A DNA stretch of 64,000 nt from Klebsiella phage KMI11, in the sequence record MN101225.1; one strand, given 5' to 3'. A program made the translations under genes and the position numbers. Every line of letters starts with the position of its first letter. Position 1 is the stretch's first letter. The notes beneath the pieces were generated by a model. That model made no database searches, was not told where the DNA came from, and saw nothing but the letters and a program-made list of their open reading frames with translations. Positions 9,539-22,595 of this stretch are shown in pieces.

Positions 9539-11106
9539 TAGAAATCCTCTTCATTTTCTTGGTCTTGGAAGCGAGCCTCTTTAGACTCTAATTCAATTTG
9601 CTTGGCTTCTTGTTCAATTTCTTCATCTGACATCTGAAGGAAATCTTTCATTGCTGTCTTATGAGAAATATACTTGCCGATAAACTGTTCAGCCATTGTG
9701 AGCATATTGATTCTACGCTCCATAACTTCAGCATCTTTCAACTCGGTGAAATATGAATCTTTATGGAACACAATCTTAATATTATTTATTTCGTCTTCCC
9801 ACTCATCTTTAGACAAAACTTTTTTAAGAATTAGATTAGTGCGAAGTGGATCAAGCATAATCTCTTCAAATTTATGCTGTAATCTACGAATAAATTTGGC
9901 AAAATCAAGTTCATCACGTGTGATTGATGTACCAGCATCAAACTGCACACCACCTTGATTATTTGCATCTGGCATGCGCGAAAGAGGAACTCGCAATGCC
10001 ATGTATAACGCTGTTCTAAAGTAACGGACGTCATCCATATCACTCATACCGGACATACCAGGAAGAGTATCTACTTCAGTAACTGCTTTACCATCTCTAC
10101 GCTGCAACCAATAGTCTTCTGTCATTGACATATTATGTTGCTGATTTTTAATCTTACCGGTTGATGCATCATATACAACGCGATTTTTCATCGTGTTCAT
10201 AATATGTTGCATATGAGCTGCCGCTTTACGAGAAGGCATATTACCAGTGTCAATGTAAAACACACGACGGTCAGGAGCACGAGTAATACGATAAATTACC
10301 AACGCATCTTCTAATAGCTTTAACTGGTTGGCGGGTTTAACGGCTCGGTGTAAATAACCGATGATGTTTTGACCTGAACAATCAACTAGTCCAGAATGTG
10401 CATATACGATAGCATCGCGTGGAATTTTAATTTTCGTTCCGGCGGAATATAATCTGCCATCTGCGTAATAACTTTCTTTGCCAGTATCGTAAATGAAATA
10501 CTCTTTGTACCCCTTAACGATTTTAGTACCAGCGTCATCAGCGGTAACGATTTCACGGATGAATTGTAAGTTGCGCGGGTCAAGACGTCTCAGTTCCTGA
10601 ATTCCGTCTTTCATTTTCTTTGTGTTGACGATTTTATGGAAGAATATTCTTGAGTCAACATACCAACGGCGGAAATGGTCGGCTCCTTTTCGCTCGAAAT
10701 TAAGGCATGTTAAAACTATATTAAATTCTTCAAGAATGCGGTCTTTAATTGCTTGACTGAAGTCGGTAGAATCTAAATCAAGAGAAACTACTGGATGACC
10801 GTCTTCGTATACAACTGCGTCAGAAACTATTTCTTCAACAGCATTGTCAACTTCGTAGTTATTCATTAAACTACGATAAGTGTTGATTAAATCAGCAGTT
10901 GTTTTCATTCCAGGTTCATTGGAACCAAACATCATTTGGTTGAATGAATTGTACTGGATTTCGTTTTCGTTTGATTCAACTTCACGAGCTCCATCATCAA
11001 ATTTTGGAGCAGTGATTGACTCTAGGTCATTGTTGATTTGTTGCTTATATTCAGCTTCGTCGCGTTTTTCCCACGGAGCGAATAAGTCCAAAATATGAAA
11101 GGCCAT
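9538..11106 (-). CDS. 20: portal vertex protein gp20
   Basis: 522 aa (T4 gp20 is 524). Position matches the order 19, 20, 67, 68, 21. Confidence 0.9.
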   Translation of the reverse strand: MAFHILDLFAPWEKRDEAEYKQQINNDLESITAPKFDDGAREVESNENEIQYNSFNQMMFGSNEPGMKTTADLINTYRSLMNNYEVDNAVEEIVSDAVVYEDGHPVVSLDLDSTDFSQAIKDRILEEFNIVLTCLNFERKGADHFRRWYVDSRIFFHKIVNTKKMKDGIQELRRLDPRNLQFIREIVTADDAGTKIVKGYKEYFIYDTGKESYYADGRLYSAGTKIKIPRDAIVYAHSGLVDCSGQNIIGYLHRAVKPANQLKLLEDALVIYRITRAPDRRVFYIDTGNMPSRKAAAHMQHIMNTMKNRVVYDASTGKIKNQQHNMSMTEDYWLQRRDGKAVTEVDTLPGMSGMSDMDDVRYFRTALYMALRVPLSRMPDANNQGGVQFDAGTSITRDELDFAKFIRRLQHKFEEIMLDPLRTNLILKKVLSKDEWEDEINNIKIVFHKDSYFTELKDAEVMERRINMLTMAEQFIGKYISHKTAMKDFLQMSDEEIEQEAKQIELESKEARFQDQENEEDF

Positions 11107-11133
11107 TGGAGTCTCCGAAATTATCTATAAGTA

Positions 11134-11141
11134 TATTTATA
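11134..11141 (-). promoter_or_regulatory. late promoter TATAAATA for gene 20
   Basis: TATTTATA on the plus strand, about 30 nt upstream of the 20 start. Confidence 0.55.
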
Positions 11142-11210
11142 TCGAAGTTTTGTCAGATATTTAAGCAAATAACTCACAGAACTTCGATACGGGGCCGAAG
11201 CCCCATAGCA

Positions 11211-11702
11211 TTATTCCCACCAGTCGATGGCAAAGGTAGTTTCGAACGTTTCTACCTCATTATTACTGTCCCAGTCCATCTGTACTTCACCAACGTTAGT
11301 TGGCCACAGACCGGTAATGGTGTGTTCATTTGTGATAGTTTTGCCATCACGACTAAACTGGCGTACCGTAGCAACCTTTTTGTAATCGGCTGGAGTCATA
11401 CCAGAGATATCATTGCCTTGAGCGTGGGCCTGAGCCTGCCAAGCAATAATTGCCTTACGTACTTCATGTTTATCATCGTTATAGATGGTAACAGTCCAGT
11501 CGTCATAAGTACGGTCACCGGCGACGTTAATCTTACGGTTCATATACCCGACTGGAACTTTTTCTACGATACCTGCCGGCATCGGTGCTGCTTTACATTT
11601 GAAACTGAAGTTACGACCCAGATAAGGAATTTCTACCTCAAACAGGTTAGGACGCGCAAAGTCACCAGATTCAAACGCACGAGTGATGTCTGTTAATTCC
11701 AT
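11211..11702 (-). CDS. 19: tail tube protein gp19
   Basis: 163 aa, identical in length to T4 gp19. Confidence 0.9.
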   Translation of the reverse strand: MELTDITRAFESGDFARPNLFEVEIPYLGRNFSFKCKAAPMPAGIVEKVPVGYMNRKINVAGDRTYDDWTVTIYNDDKHEVRKAIIAWQAQAHAQGNDISGMTPADYKKVATVRQFSRDGKTITNEHTITGLWPTNVGEVQMDWDSNNEVETFETTFAIDWWE

Positions 11703-11718
11703 CGTTGTTTCCTATAGA

Positions 11719-11726
11719 TATTTATA
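11719..11726 (-). promoter_or_regulatory. late promoter TATAAATA for gene 19
   Basis: TATTTATA on the plus strand, 17-24 nt upstream of the 19 start. Confidence 0.5.
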
Positions 11727-11828
11727 TAGCCTCTCGATTGACTACATCATCGTAGAGGCTATTAAAGTGTGCGGTAATATAATTTATCATCTAAAGGTTA
11801 GATGACCCAGAATGTCCTGGGGTTCATA

Positions 11829-13802
11829 TTACTGTGGTCCGATTAACTCATCGAAATCTGCACCAGTTGCCGTAGCAACGAAGTTCAGAGTGATATAGTT
11901 AATTGAACGTGCCGGCTTGATGTAGAAGCTCGCTACAAACTCGTTGCGGTCGATAACTGCTGGAGTGTTGTTCGTGGTATCACATACAACTCGGAAGTCA
12001 TATACACCACCCAGAGCTTTAATACCTGCGAGGTATTGGCTGGTTTCCATACGGAAAGAACTACGGGTAAAGTTATCGTTTAATTCAAACAGCTGCCACT
12101 TAGAAGAATCACCGATGTTGTTCTTCAGCATGTTAAACAAGCGACGAACGTTAATTCGGTCAAACGGAGTTGGAACAGTGGTTGCAGTCTTATCACCAAA
12201 CAGAATGAAACCTTCACCTGTACCTTGACCAGTCACTGGGTTAATACCTGCTTGGTACATGCGGTCACGATGTGCCTGACGCGGTTCAATTGCCAATTTG
12301 ATGCAATTTAAAATCTGACCACGACGATATCCAGCCGGTGACATCCAAGGCTGAGCAATATCATCAGTACGAGCACACAGGCCTGCAATATCAGCAGCTA
12401 ACGGAACCCAACGGTTTACGTCGTTATATTTATCATACTGATATTTATAGTTACCATCAATTGCCGCGTACGTGGTATTAATGTTCATATTGGCAGAATC
12501 ATAAGTTCCATCGCCTTGACGCCAGTCGATTAAATTATCAACAGCACGAGTCAGAGGAATATTTACAATCGTTGACCTTGGAGGCGAAATGAGTGCTAAA
12601 CAGTCTTGACGCTCATCTGCAATAGACGAAACGTGTTTTTGTACTGTGCTTGCGATTTCATCTGTTTCACCGGCACAAGCACCAGCAATCAGAAGGTTTA
12701 CACGCAATGCTTCACGGTCACCAAATAAATCCCAACCTTGAATTAAATCGCCAGCAGTAACTGATTCATTAGCTGAAACCCCACCACCCAGACGAATAAC
12801 ACCGGAAAATCCTTCAGGCCATCCTTGCGCAGTAGCAAATATATAACGTGAAGAACCTTTGGAGAAATAATCGTCCATAAAGATGTTATTTCCGTAGATG
12901 TCTTTATCTTGACGGTTTGTTGATAACACCGTTGATTCAACTACCGCGCCATCTCTACGAACAATGATAGCGTACTGAGTATCGGACTGAGGACCATATC
13001 CAAATACGGCTTTTGCGGTTGATGCACGCTGTCCACCACTCGGATAAATCGTCAGTTGTTCGCCTTTATCAAAAGCGGCTTTTGATACAATTTCAATTTC
13101 CAGTTGGTTTCCGAGCTCGCCCGGATACGCAGCTACAATTCCAGGCATTTTATATTGCGCAAGCGCAGTCTGGAATTCGGTTTTTGTCATTTCTTCATGG
13201 GCAGTTTCATGCTCAGTCAGTAAAACTGTAGACTCAGAAATAATTTTACCTAAAGTAATGACAGCGGAAACACCAGAACTCTGTGAAGTAATGGTAGTTG
13301 TCCACGAAGACCCTAAATCTGGGTACTGATTAATGCTTTTTGCATATGCAATAATCTTCGATGTCGGAATGAACACCGACTTAATTTTTCCGTCACTATC
13401 TACTTCAGTAACTGAACCGGTGTCATCTACAGTTTGGTCTGCATATTTAACCGTAATTTTATCACCAACTTCATAGTTACTACCAGCAGTAGTGATAGTC
13501 CATTCAATATTATCAACCAGCGGAGATGCGTTTTTAGCAGCTTCACGGTTAACTACACGGACGGTGCGTAGATCATTACCATATTGCAGAAAGTTCATTG
13601 CTGACATAAAGTAATCAGCAGTTTGGTTATTAGGGCCGCCAAACATATCAACCAGTTCAACTTCATTAGTGATTTGAGTAACTTGATATGCAGGACCCCA
13701 TTGGAACTTCCCGACAATTGCGGCACGACCTGTAGCGTTAAGTACTACCGTGCTCTGTACGCTCGTTTCTTTGAGCTCAATTCCAGGAGAGACTAAAGGC
13801 AT
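11829..13802 (-). CDS. 18: tail sheath protein gp18
   Basis: 657 aa (T4 gp18 is 659). Confidence 0.9.
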   Translation of the reverse strand: MPLVSPGIELKETSVQSTVVLNATGRAAIVGKFQWGPAYQVTQITNEVELVDMFGGPNNQTADYFMSAMNFLQYGNDLRTVRVVNREAAKNASPLVDNIEWTITTAGSNYEVGDKITVKYADQTVDDTGSVTEVDSDGKIKSVFIPTSKIIAYAKSINQYPDLGSSWTTTITSQSSGVSAVITLGKIISESTVLLTEHETAHEEMTKTEFQTALAQYKMPGIVAAYPGELGNQLEIEIVSKAAFDKGEQLTIYPSGGQRASTAKAVFGYGPQSDTQYAIIVRRDGAVVESTVLSTNRQDKDIYGNNIFMDDYFSKGSSRYIFATAQGWPEGFSGVIRLGGGVSANESVTAGDLIQGWDLFGDREALRVNLLIAGACAGETDEIASTVQKHVSSIADERQDCLALISPPRSTIVNIPLTRAVDNLIDWRQGDGTYDSANMNINTTYAAIDGNYKYQYDKYNDVNRWVPLAADIAGLCARTDDIAQPWMSPAGYRRGQILNCIKLAIEPRQAHRDRMYQAGINPVTGQGTGEGFILFGDKTATTVPTPFDRINVRRLFNMLKNNIGDSSKWQLFELNDNFTRSSFRMETSQYLAGIKALGGVYDFRVVCDTTNNTPAVIDRNEFVASFYIKPARSINYITLNFVATATGADFDELIGPQ

Positions 13803-13832
13803 GATATATCCTCAATGTTGTTTGCTTTTTAT

Positions 13833-16157
<2,325 letters not shown>

Positions 16158-16161
<4 letters not shown>

Positions 16162-17012
16162 TTTTCACCTCTCGGTCCAGGAGCCTCCGGATTTACCGGA
16201 ATAGGAATATCGTGAGAATAAGTTTGTTTACTAGAACCGTCCCAATTTTCGTGTTGAACATCTCGTGGAGTAACTTCGCTATCCACAGATTCAAAGTTTC
16301 CTTCTGGTGTTAATTCTTTACTATTAGCGAAGAAATCCAAATAAATGGTTCTAATTTCGCCGTCAACCTCGGCAACAGGAGGATATAGCCATCCGTTGAC
16401 TTCAAACATCAATGACCATTCTAATCTACGACGAGTAATATTATCTCCGTCAACAGCTTCATCCTGAGAAAATGATTGTAATACAATTCTAACATCACGG
16501 TTAAAGCTCGTGTCTTTGTCGTAAAGTTCAGTTATAGTCGTGTTAAAATGCGGCTGAAAATAAGGAACGATTTGCTCGATGATTTGATACATATCATCTT
16601 GGTTCCGTGTATAAATCCCCAACTCAAAAATCATCTTAATCGGAGTAGGATTATACTGAGATGTAATTTTTGAAGGGGTTTTATATGATTTGGTTCTGTT
16701 TAATTGTGATGTTTTATACATCGCGTTGTATTGCATATCAACCAAGTGCAAATTCATTCTTGGCAAAACAGTTTCTATTTTTGCTTTATTCTCGGTAGAC
16801 TGAATAGCAGTCCATTTTCCGAGTTGAGAAAGGAACTTTTCCTTTGAAGCGTAAGTGATAGGTACTTTAATATATTTTAGTCCAGTGTCTTCACGCCAGC
16901 GTGCGATTTGTATATGAGAAAACAAGTCTCCCATCAGCACGATGTATCGGCGTAAGGACGAATTATACCAATGTCCAAACATGATTTCTCCTAAGGGACC
17001 CAAAGGTCCCAT
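16158..17012 (-). CDS. 15: tail sheath stabiliser / tail completion protein gp15
   Basis: 284 aa between 14 and 16. Confidence 0.8.
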
Positions 17013-17023
17013 CTTTATTTTAT

Positions 17024-17800
17024 TTATTCGAAGAACCCGTCATCAAACGAATCTGCTTTAGGAGGAGACTCAAGTCCTCTTCCGTTATTAACATAATACG
17101 GATGAACATATTCAGCGGCTTCTTTATTGATTGCGTCGCTTTCTGCGTATTGCACGTCAGAAATATCAGCAAGAGAATCAATGTTTTTGATTGGTTCTAA
17201 ATCAAGCTCAGAAAATTCAGGAATATTAATGCCTTCATTACGTTGCAATTCTGGCTGAAGCTGCTCACCAGAATAAATGTATTTCTGCGCAGTAATCTTG
17301 CGCTGAACATTTTGACCTAACTGATAAAATGGATCGTATGGCTGAACCCAGTTAATTTCGAATAATGAGTTATCCATAGGAAAATAAATTAGGTCACCGG
17401 CTTTTGGTTCAGAATTATTAGTTTGATGCTTGAATAAATTAGGATTAATAGTCAGATTGACTTCATCATTAACCATCATACCAAACTTACTAAAGAATGT
17501 ATTATCACCAGAATAACCGTCAAAGGAATCTAAGTAAGCTGCAAATTTCCAAGCCTTGGTGAATTTACTTGATGGGTCTTCTCCAAAAAGCAAATCTGGG
17601 TTGTTGTATTCACGAGGAAGGAAATAAAACTCAATTCCTCTCATTTGAATAGCCTCAGCTGATAAAACATCTGCCAGGGTTTGGCTATTTCTGTGATTAT
17701 AAAAATTCACATAAGGATTGAGAATTTCGGTTTCATTAGTTTTATTGTATCCTCGATAATCTTCGAGTTTAGCGAAGAGCCTAGAATCAAATGTAGTCAT
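17024..17800 (-). CDS. 14: neck protein gp14
   Basis: 258 aa (T4 gp14 is 256). Confidence 0.8.
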   Translation of the reverse strand: MTTFDSRLFAKLEDYRGYNKTNETEILNPYVNFYNHRNSQTLADVLSAEAIQMRGIEFYFLPREYNNPDLLFGEDPSSKFTKAWKFAAYLDSFDGYSGDNTFFSKFGMMVNDEVNLTINPNLFKHQTNNSEPKAGDLIYFPMDNSLFEINWVQPYDPFYQLGQNVQRKITAQKYIYSGEQLQPELQRNEGINIPEFSELDLEPIKNIDSLADISDVQYAESDAINKEAAEYVHPYYVNNGRGLESPPKADSFDDGFFE

Positions 17801-17803
17801 CTT

Positions 17804-18745
17804 TTACCCCAACAGAATAGGACAACCCGGGTCAAGTAAATCAAGTTCCTCTCGGAGCTTCTCGATTTCTTCTTGGGCCTCTACTTTAAGTGTTTGACCA
17901 TCAACTGTAACGCCGCCGGCTAATTGTAGCCCTTGGTGTTTAAACAGAATTTCACCCCACAATTTTTTAGTCAGTGCTGTAGCATAATCTTTTACCCAAC
18001 GATTATTATAAGCACCTTCTCTATTTGTATTACCTTCACCTGCATATTGGCCGTTATTGCGAAGGTTAGGATTCTGATACCTATCTCCTAAGCCCCAATG
18101 GTCGGAAGTTTGTTCACCAGCGAAGCCGTAACCTGCCGTATTGCCTACCATCACATCTGTATTCATAAATGATTTGGTCCAGCATTCACAGACAATGATG
18201 TCTCCCTTCATGAAGTTGCCCATTACTTTAAGCATTTCATTATCAGAGTTATACCAATAGTCTGGAAGTGGGGCAAGCAAATCCTGCATCATTGACCAAT
18301 AAGTCATTAATTGAGTAAAATAGCCCAGGTCAGCACCGAAAGCGTTTGGTCCATAACTCTTATTACAGCTTGACCCCATTCCGCCATTAATTCCGGCCAT
18401 TCCCATTAAAAAGTCAGTAAACCACGGATAGGTAGCATTACCATCCATTGAAGTTAATGAACCTACATTTGTTCTAACGATTTGAGTGACAGCAAATACA
18501 TTACGACCACGCAAATCAAACACACCATTTAAAAATCTTGCGTTGTCAGCTTCATCTTTTCCAATATAAAAAACTTGATAGCCTTTATTCAATCCGTTAA
18601 AGTGGTATTCACCATACAACTCTAATGCTCGTTGAATACAATCATAAATTTGGTCTTCAGTTACTTCGACATTAATTACCGGCGCTCCTAGACGTCGAAG
18701 TATAGCGTCTTTAAGCGTTTTTGGGTTGTATGTGTTGTATGACAT
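17804..18745 (-). CDS. 13: neck protein gp13
   Basis: 313 aa (T4 gp13 is 309). Confidence 0.8.
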   Translation of the reverse strand: MSYNTYNPKTLKDAILRRLGAPVINVEVTEDQIYDCIQRALELYGEYHFNGLNKGYQVFYIGKDEADNARFLNGVFDLRGRNVFAVTQIVRTNVGSLTSMDGNATYPWFTDFLMGMAGINGGMGSSCNKSYGPNAFGADLGYFTQLMTYWSMMQDLLAPLPDYWYNSDNEMLKVMGNFMKGDIIVCECWTKSFMNTDVMVGNTAGYGFAGEQTSDHWGLGDRYQNPNLRNNGQYAGEGNTNREGAYNNRWVKDYATALTKKLWGEILFKHQGLQLAGGVTVDGQTLKVEAQEEIEKLREELDLLDPGCPILLG

Positions 18746-18766
18746 ATAAGCTCCTCTTTATATTCT

Positions 18767-18774
18767 ATTTATAC
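18767..18774 (-). promoter_or_regulatory. late promoter TATAAATA for gene 13
   Basis: TATTTATA on the plus strand, about 22 nt upstream of the 13 start. Confidence 0.5.
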
Positions 18775-18777
18775 GAA

Positions 18778-18800
18778 AAAGGGACCCGAAGGTCCCTTTC
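18778..18800 (-). terminator. rho-independent terminator after wac
   Basis: GGGACC-UUCG-GGUCCC hairpin followed by a T-run on the minus strand. Confidence 0.6.
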
Positions 18801-18801
18801 A

Positions 18802-20568
18802 TTATACTGCTGGATGAATAGTAATATCCAATGATTTAATACTAACAGGAACTTTTGATTCTTCTGAAGCAGCTCTATACACAATTTTGATTGCATCGCC
18901 AGACGAAAACTTAATAAGTTTCTTGGTTTTCAACAGTTTCTCGCCGGTTACTGCTTTAACACCTAGGCTATAAGTAAACACCTCAATGTTATTGACGAGA
19001 ATAACAATTTGGACGGCTTTATCTGAATCAGAAGCTTCGATAACTGTATCAGTTTCTACACAAAATACGCCATCGTCATCAACAATAATATCATCAACAA
19101 TACGAATGCCAGCATTAAATGAAGCAGCGACCAATGAGTTAGGATTTACCAATGCATCAGAACTTAAATCAACAGTGAAATCTTCTTTACTGAATTCACC
19201 TATTGATGAAGGCTTCTTAAACCATTCGCCCCGTTTACGGAGGTATGCTCCATCTTGTTCTACGTCAGTAACTGCAGTAACAAATTTATCCTGTAATTCT
19301 ACTACAGTGGCATACACACCATCCCGCTGAACCGGATTTTCTGATGAAAAATCACCGTTCATTTGAGTCTGCAATGTAAATACAGAACCCTTTAGGCCTT
19401 CACTGTTATTACCAAGTTCTACTTGAATGTCCTGGATAGCAGACTGCTGAGAGTTTTGCATCCCTTCAACATTGGTCATTCTCGCTAAAATTGACCCCGG
19501 AGGAATCGGCTGTCCGCCAGGAACAATACCAACTTGCTGATTTATCCATGCTACTTGACCCTGAAGCCCTGATGAAGTATCACGTCCTACAACATCAGAA
19601 ATGTATCCTTGGTCAGTTGAAAGAGAACTAATTTTTCCTTCAATAGTATCAGGCTTATCAGAAGACCCCAAACGAGCATCAATATTATTGACACGAGGAA
19701 CTAACCCGGTTTGTGCAGAGTTAAGTGTTGCGTCAACTATACGATAATCGTTTTCTAATTTAGTAGTACGAGCTCCAATTTTTACCGGATTGGTAAAATC
19801 AATGGCCTGGTTAATAGCAAAGATTTCATTATTAGCTGCGGAAATAGCATCAGCGTTATTCACAAGCCTTGCATAAATTGAAGCTGACGTAGCTCCGGAT
19901 TTAGGACCAACTTCTTTACGCAGGTCATTTACTTCAATAGTCAGAGAACCTACGTCTGAATCATTATATGCATCCTCTAGCGCTTGAATACGCTCGTCAT
20001 GTTTTACTATAGCTGACGCGTTATTAATGATTCGGTATTTCATACCAGAACCTGGAGCGTCTTGCTTAGGCTGTCCGTTAACATCTTGCCCAGGATATGC
20101 CCCAATTTCCCGTTTAACCCAAACTATATTATCACGAACTGTTCTGTAATAGTCATCTTTACTAGAATCATAAACACCTACATCCTCTTCGAGAAAATCA
20201 AGGTCAGTTCGAAGTTTTTCGGTGTCTTCTTCTAATTTAAGAATTTGTCCATCATGCTTTTCAATATTCTTTTTATTGATATAAACCTGCTCAATGGCGT
20301 CAGAAGAACCTGTAATTTCTAACGATTTTTTGATTTGGTCTACATCTACTTGAATATTTTCTACAGCAGTTCCAACGTTGTTCAAATCGTTATGTACCTG
20401 AACCACATTTTTCTGAATCTGCACAGAAGCTCTATTCAGTTCTCCATCATTTCCATAGCGGGTTGAAGCCCCATTAAGAGGCTCTGTATTTTTTATCCAG
20501 TTAATTCTCTGTTGAAAATCGTCTGGAATTCCGTCTACAAACGGAAGCGAATCTACTAGTTTGGTCAT
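18802..20568 (-). CDS. wac: fibritin (whisker antigen control protein) carrying an extra C-terminal domain
   Basis: N-terminus MTKLVDSLPFVDGIPDD...WIKN resembles T4 fibritin. Long heptad coiled coil. Foldon-like DGAYLRKRGEW near residue 440, then ~130 further residues not present in T4 (588 aa versus 487). Confidence 0.8.
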   Translation of the reverse strand: MTKLVDSLPFVDGIPDDFQQRINWIKNTEPLNGASTRYGNDGELNRASVQIQKNVVQVHNDLNNVGTAVENIQVDVDQIKKSLEITGSSDAIEQVYINKKNIEKHDGQILKLEEDTEKLRTDLDFLEEDVGVYDSSKDDYYRTVRDNIVWVKREIGAYPGQDVNGQPKQDAPGSGMKYRIINNASAIVKHDERIQALEDAYNDSDVGSLTIEVNDLRKEVGPKSGATSASIYARLVNNADAISAANNEIFAINQAIDFTNPVKIGARTTKLENDYRIVDATLNSAQTGLVPRVNNIDARLGSSDKPDTIEGKISSLSTDQGYISDVVGRDTSSGLQGQVAWINQQVGIVPGGQPIPPGSILARMTNVEGMQNSQQSAIQDIQVELGNNSEGLKGSVFTLQTQMNGDFSSENPVQRDGVYATVVELQDKFVTAVTDVEQDGAYLRKRGEWFKKPSSIGEFSKEDFTVDLSSDALVNPNSLVAASFNAGIRIVDDIIVDDDGVFCVETDTVIEASDSDKAVQIVILVNNIEVFTYSLGVKAVTGEKLLKTKKLIKFSSGDAIKIVYRAASEESKVPVSIKSLDITIHPAV

Positions 20569-20576
20569 ATTATTCC

Positions 20577-21923
20577 TTACGGTCTATTTGTACAGAATGT
20601 AAGCATGCAGTCATAAAATATAATACGACTGTCTTCTGTTGGTCTTATTTGAACAGTGGCATTTGGAGGAATGTTATTGAAGAAAAAGTTGCTAGATGCG
20701 TAAGCTTCAAATCTCCATGAATGACCATTTCGTCCGCCTTTAGTATTTTCGATGTTAAGAGTAAGTTCACCGCCCCATTGGGAACCGTTAACTATTAAAA
20801 CAAATTTGAAAATACGATTGTCATATCCGTCGTTGTTACGCTCAAATTTTACATTAACATTTAGAGCTAATCTACTAGAAGCTTCCCATGGTGCATTACA
20901 TGTAAACGTTGCACCTCGACTAATCCAAGATTGTCCTTCAACCCAAGTAACATTACCTACTCTGGTTCCAGCTGGCATGTAACGCCCGTCAGATTCTTGT
21001 CTTGTATAACAATTAATATCATTATTAGTAATTGTTATGTCATTGTCAAGAGTTTTTCCGTTTATTCTACGGGTTTTAAAAACAGCATCTGTTGCCGCAG
21101 CTGCCAGTGAAGCATCAGTAGTTGGAGAACCTGATAATCTGGTTAATCCATATTTATCCTTGGTGGATTTTAGCGCTTGAAGACTTTTTGGAGTAACAGC
21201 CAAATTGTTAGAAGTAGCTGAAGCCACATCTGAGTCTTTAGCAAATTTTACTATACCAAATACACTGTCAGACGCTTTTGATGCCATGAAGGTTTTTGGA
21301 GTTACTGCGTATCCATCGTGAACAGCACCTGCTGCTACCTGGGCTTGGGTTGCGACACGAACTAATCCCAAGTTGCTTTCTGTCGCAGAGGTATAACTAG
21401 GAGGACTGACACTGAACTTTCCAATCATTTCTACAACACGCTTAGGAGTTACTGCGGTAGTTTCGTCAGTTCCTGCTTGTGCTTGAGCCGCAGTAGTTAA
21501 CCTAACAGTTCCATCTACGTTTTCTTGGGCTTTCACAGTTTTAAACACATGACCGAGAGCCGCCGCGGTAATAGTTCTATTTCCTGCAGTTAATGCTGCG
21601 GCTTCAGTATTAGTAGCATACCGTGTTAAGCCAAGAATTGCTGTAGTTGCTTCAGGACGGGTAACTGTGGATTTTAATGTAGCAGGAGTTACCGCAGCAT
21701 TACCAATAGTTCCAGCATCAACTTCAGCCTGTGTTGCTGTGCGAATTACACCGGCTACTGTAGGAGATGCTACAGGTAATCCAGTATCAGTTCTTGCCCA
21801 GCTTCCAATCAGCGCTAGCGCTGATTGGACGTCTTTTGTAGCAACTGGCCATTGTGTATTTGTTGGGTCAAATATCGTATATTTGGCCAAATCACTGTAG
21901 TGATTATAGTTATTCTGGGCCAT
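20577..21923 (-). CDS. 12: short tail fibre protein gp12
   Basis: N-terminus MAQNNYNHYSDL and repeating (A/T)VTP(K/A)T motifs as in T4 gp12. 448 aa versus 527 in T4. Confidence 0.8.
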   Translation of the reverse strand: MAQNNYNHYSDLAKYTIFDPTNTQWPVATKDVQSALALIGSWARTDTGLPVASPTVAGVIRTATQAEVDAGTIGNAAVTPATLKSTVTRPEATTAILGLTRYATNTEAAALTAGNRTITAAALGHVFKTVKAQENVDGTVRLTTAAQAQAGTDETTAVTPKRVVEMIGKFSVSPPSYTSATESNLGLVRVATQAQVAAGAVHDGYAVTPKTFMASKASDSVFGIVKFAKDSDVASATSNNLAVTPKSLQALKSTKDKYGLTRLSGSPTTDASLAAAATDAVFKTRRINGKTLDNDITITNNDINCYTRQESDGRYMPAGTRVGNVTWVEGQSWISRGATFTCNAPWEASSRLALNVNVKFERNNDGYDNRIFKFVLIVNGSQWGGELTLNIENTKGGRNGHSWRFEAYASSNFFFNNIPPNATVQIRPTEDSRIIFYDCMLTFCTNRP

Positions 21924-22594
21924 TATCCCATCCTTCTAAAATAGTGGAATGTAAATGTGTTTGCACCGAAGGTTTTAGTTTCGTTACCAATAGCGTCCCA
22001 TTGTCCATAACCCGCTTTAGCAGGTGAAGTAACAGTAAACTCAACAGTTAAACCATATTTTTTATATGTTTCAAAATTATGGTTCTGATAATCCAGATGA
22101 ATAATATCAACATACTGAGGAGTTGCAGGTGATTGAGTAACCTGTTGAACCACCTTTCCAACAGCTTCTAATTCTTTTACCTTATCATACCACCTGGTAG
22201 CTACAGCTGCGAAGTCATCACCATTCGCAATTCTAATCGGCAATCCGAGAATATGAATTATTACTGGGTCACCATCAGAACCGTCTTCTTTAGGTTCTAA
22301 CGAAACTACGCCTGAAAAAGTAGCACGCGTAATTTGCTGTGCTGGTTGTGGAGATATTCCGGTGTCATTACAAATAATAGTTCCAATTTCTGCTGACTGT
22401 AATGACATTAAATCATTAATAGCAGCTTCTGCGTTTGGATACCAAACACCTAAATCCATTTGTTCAAAGGTTAGGCTCCCTATAGGAGCCTTATTTCCCA
22501 CAGCGATATTCTGCGGGTCTACACGATATTCTGAAAAAGCAGTTAATCTTGAATTAACTTTAGCTCCTTCACGAGTTTTAGTTTCAATAGTCAT
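21923..22594 (-). CDS. 11: baseplate wedge subunit / tail pin gp11
   Basis: 223 aa (T4 gp11 is 219). Confidence 0.8.
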   Translation of the reverse strand: MTIETKTREGAKVNSRLTAFSEYRVDPQNIAVGNKAPIGSLTFEQMDLGVWYPNAEAAINDLMSLQSAEIGTIICNDTGISPQPAQQITRATFSGVVSLEPKEDGSDGDPVIIHILGLPIRIANGDDFAAVATRWYDKVKELEAVGKVVQQVTQSPATPQYVDIIHLDYQNHNFETYKKYGLTVEFTVTSPAKAGYGQWDAIGNETKTFGANTFTFHYFRRMG

Positions 22595-22595
22595 T

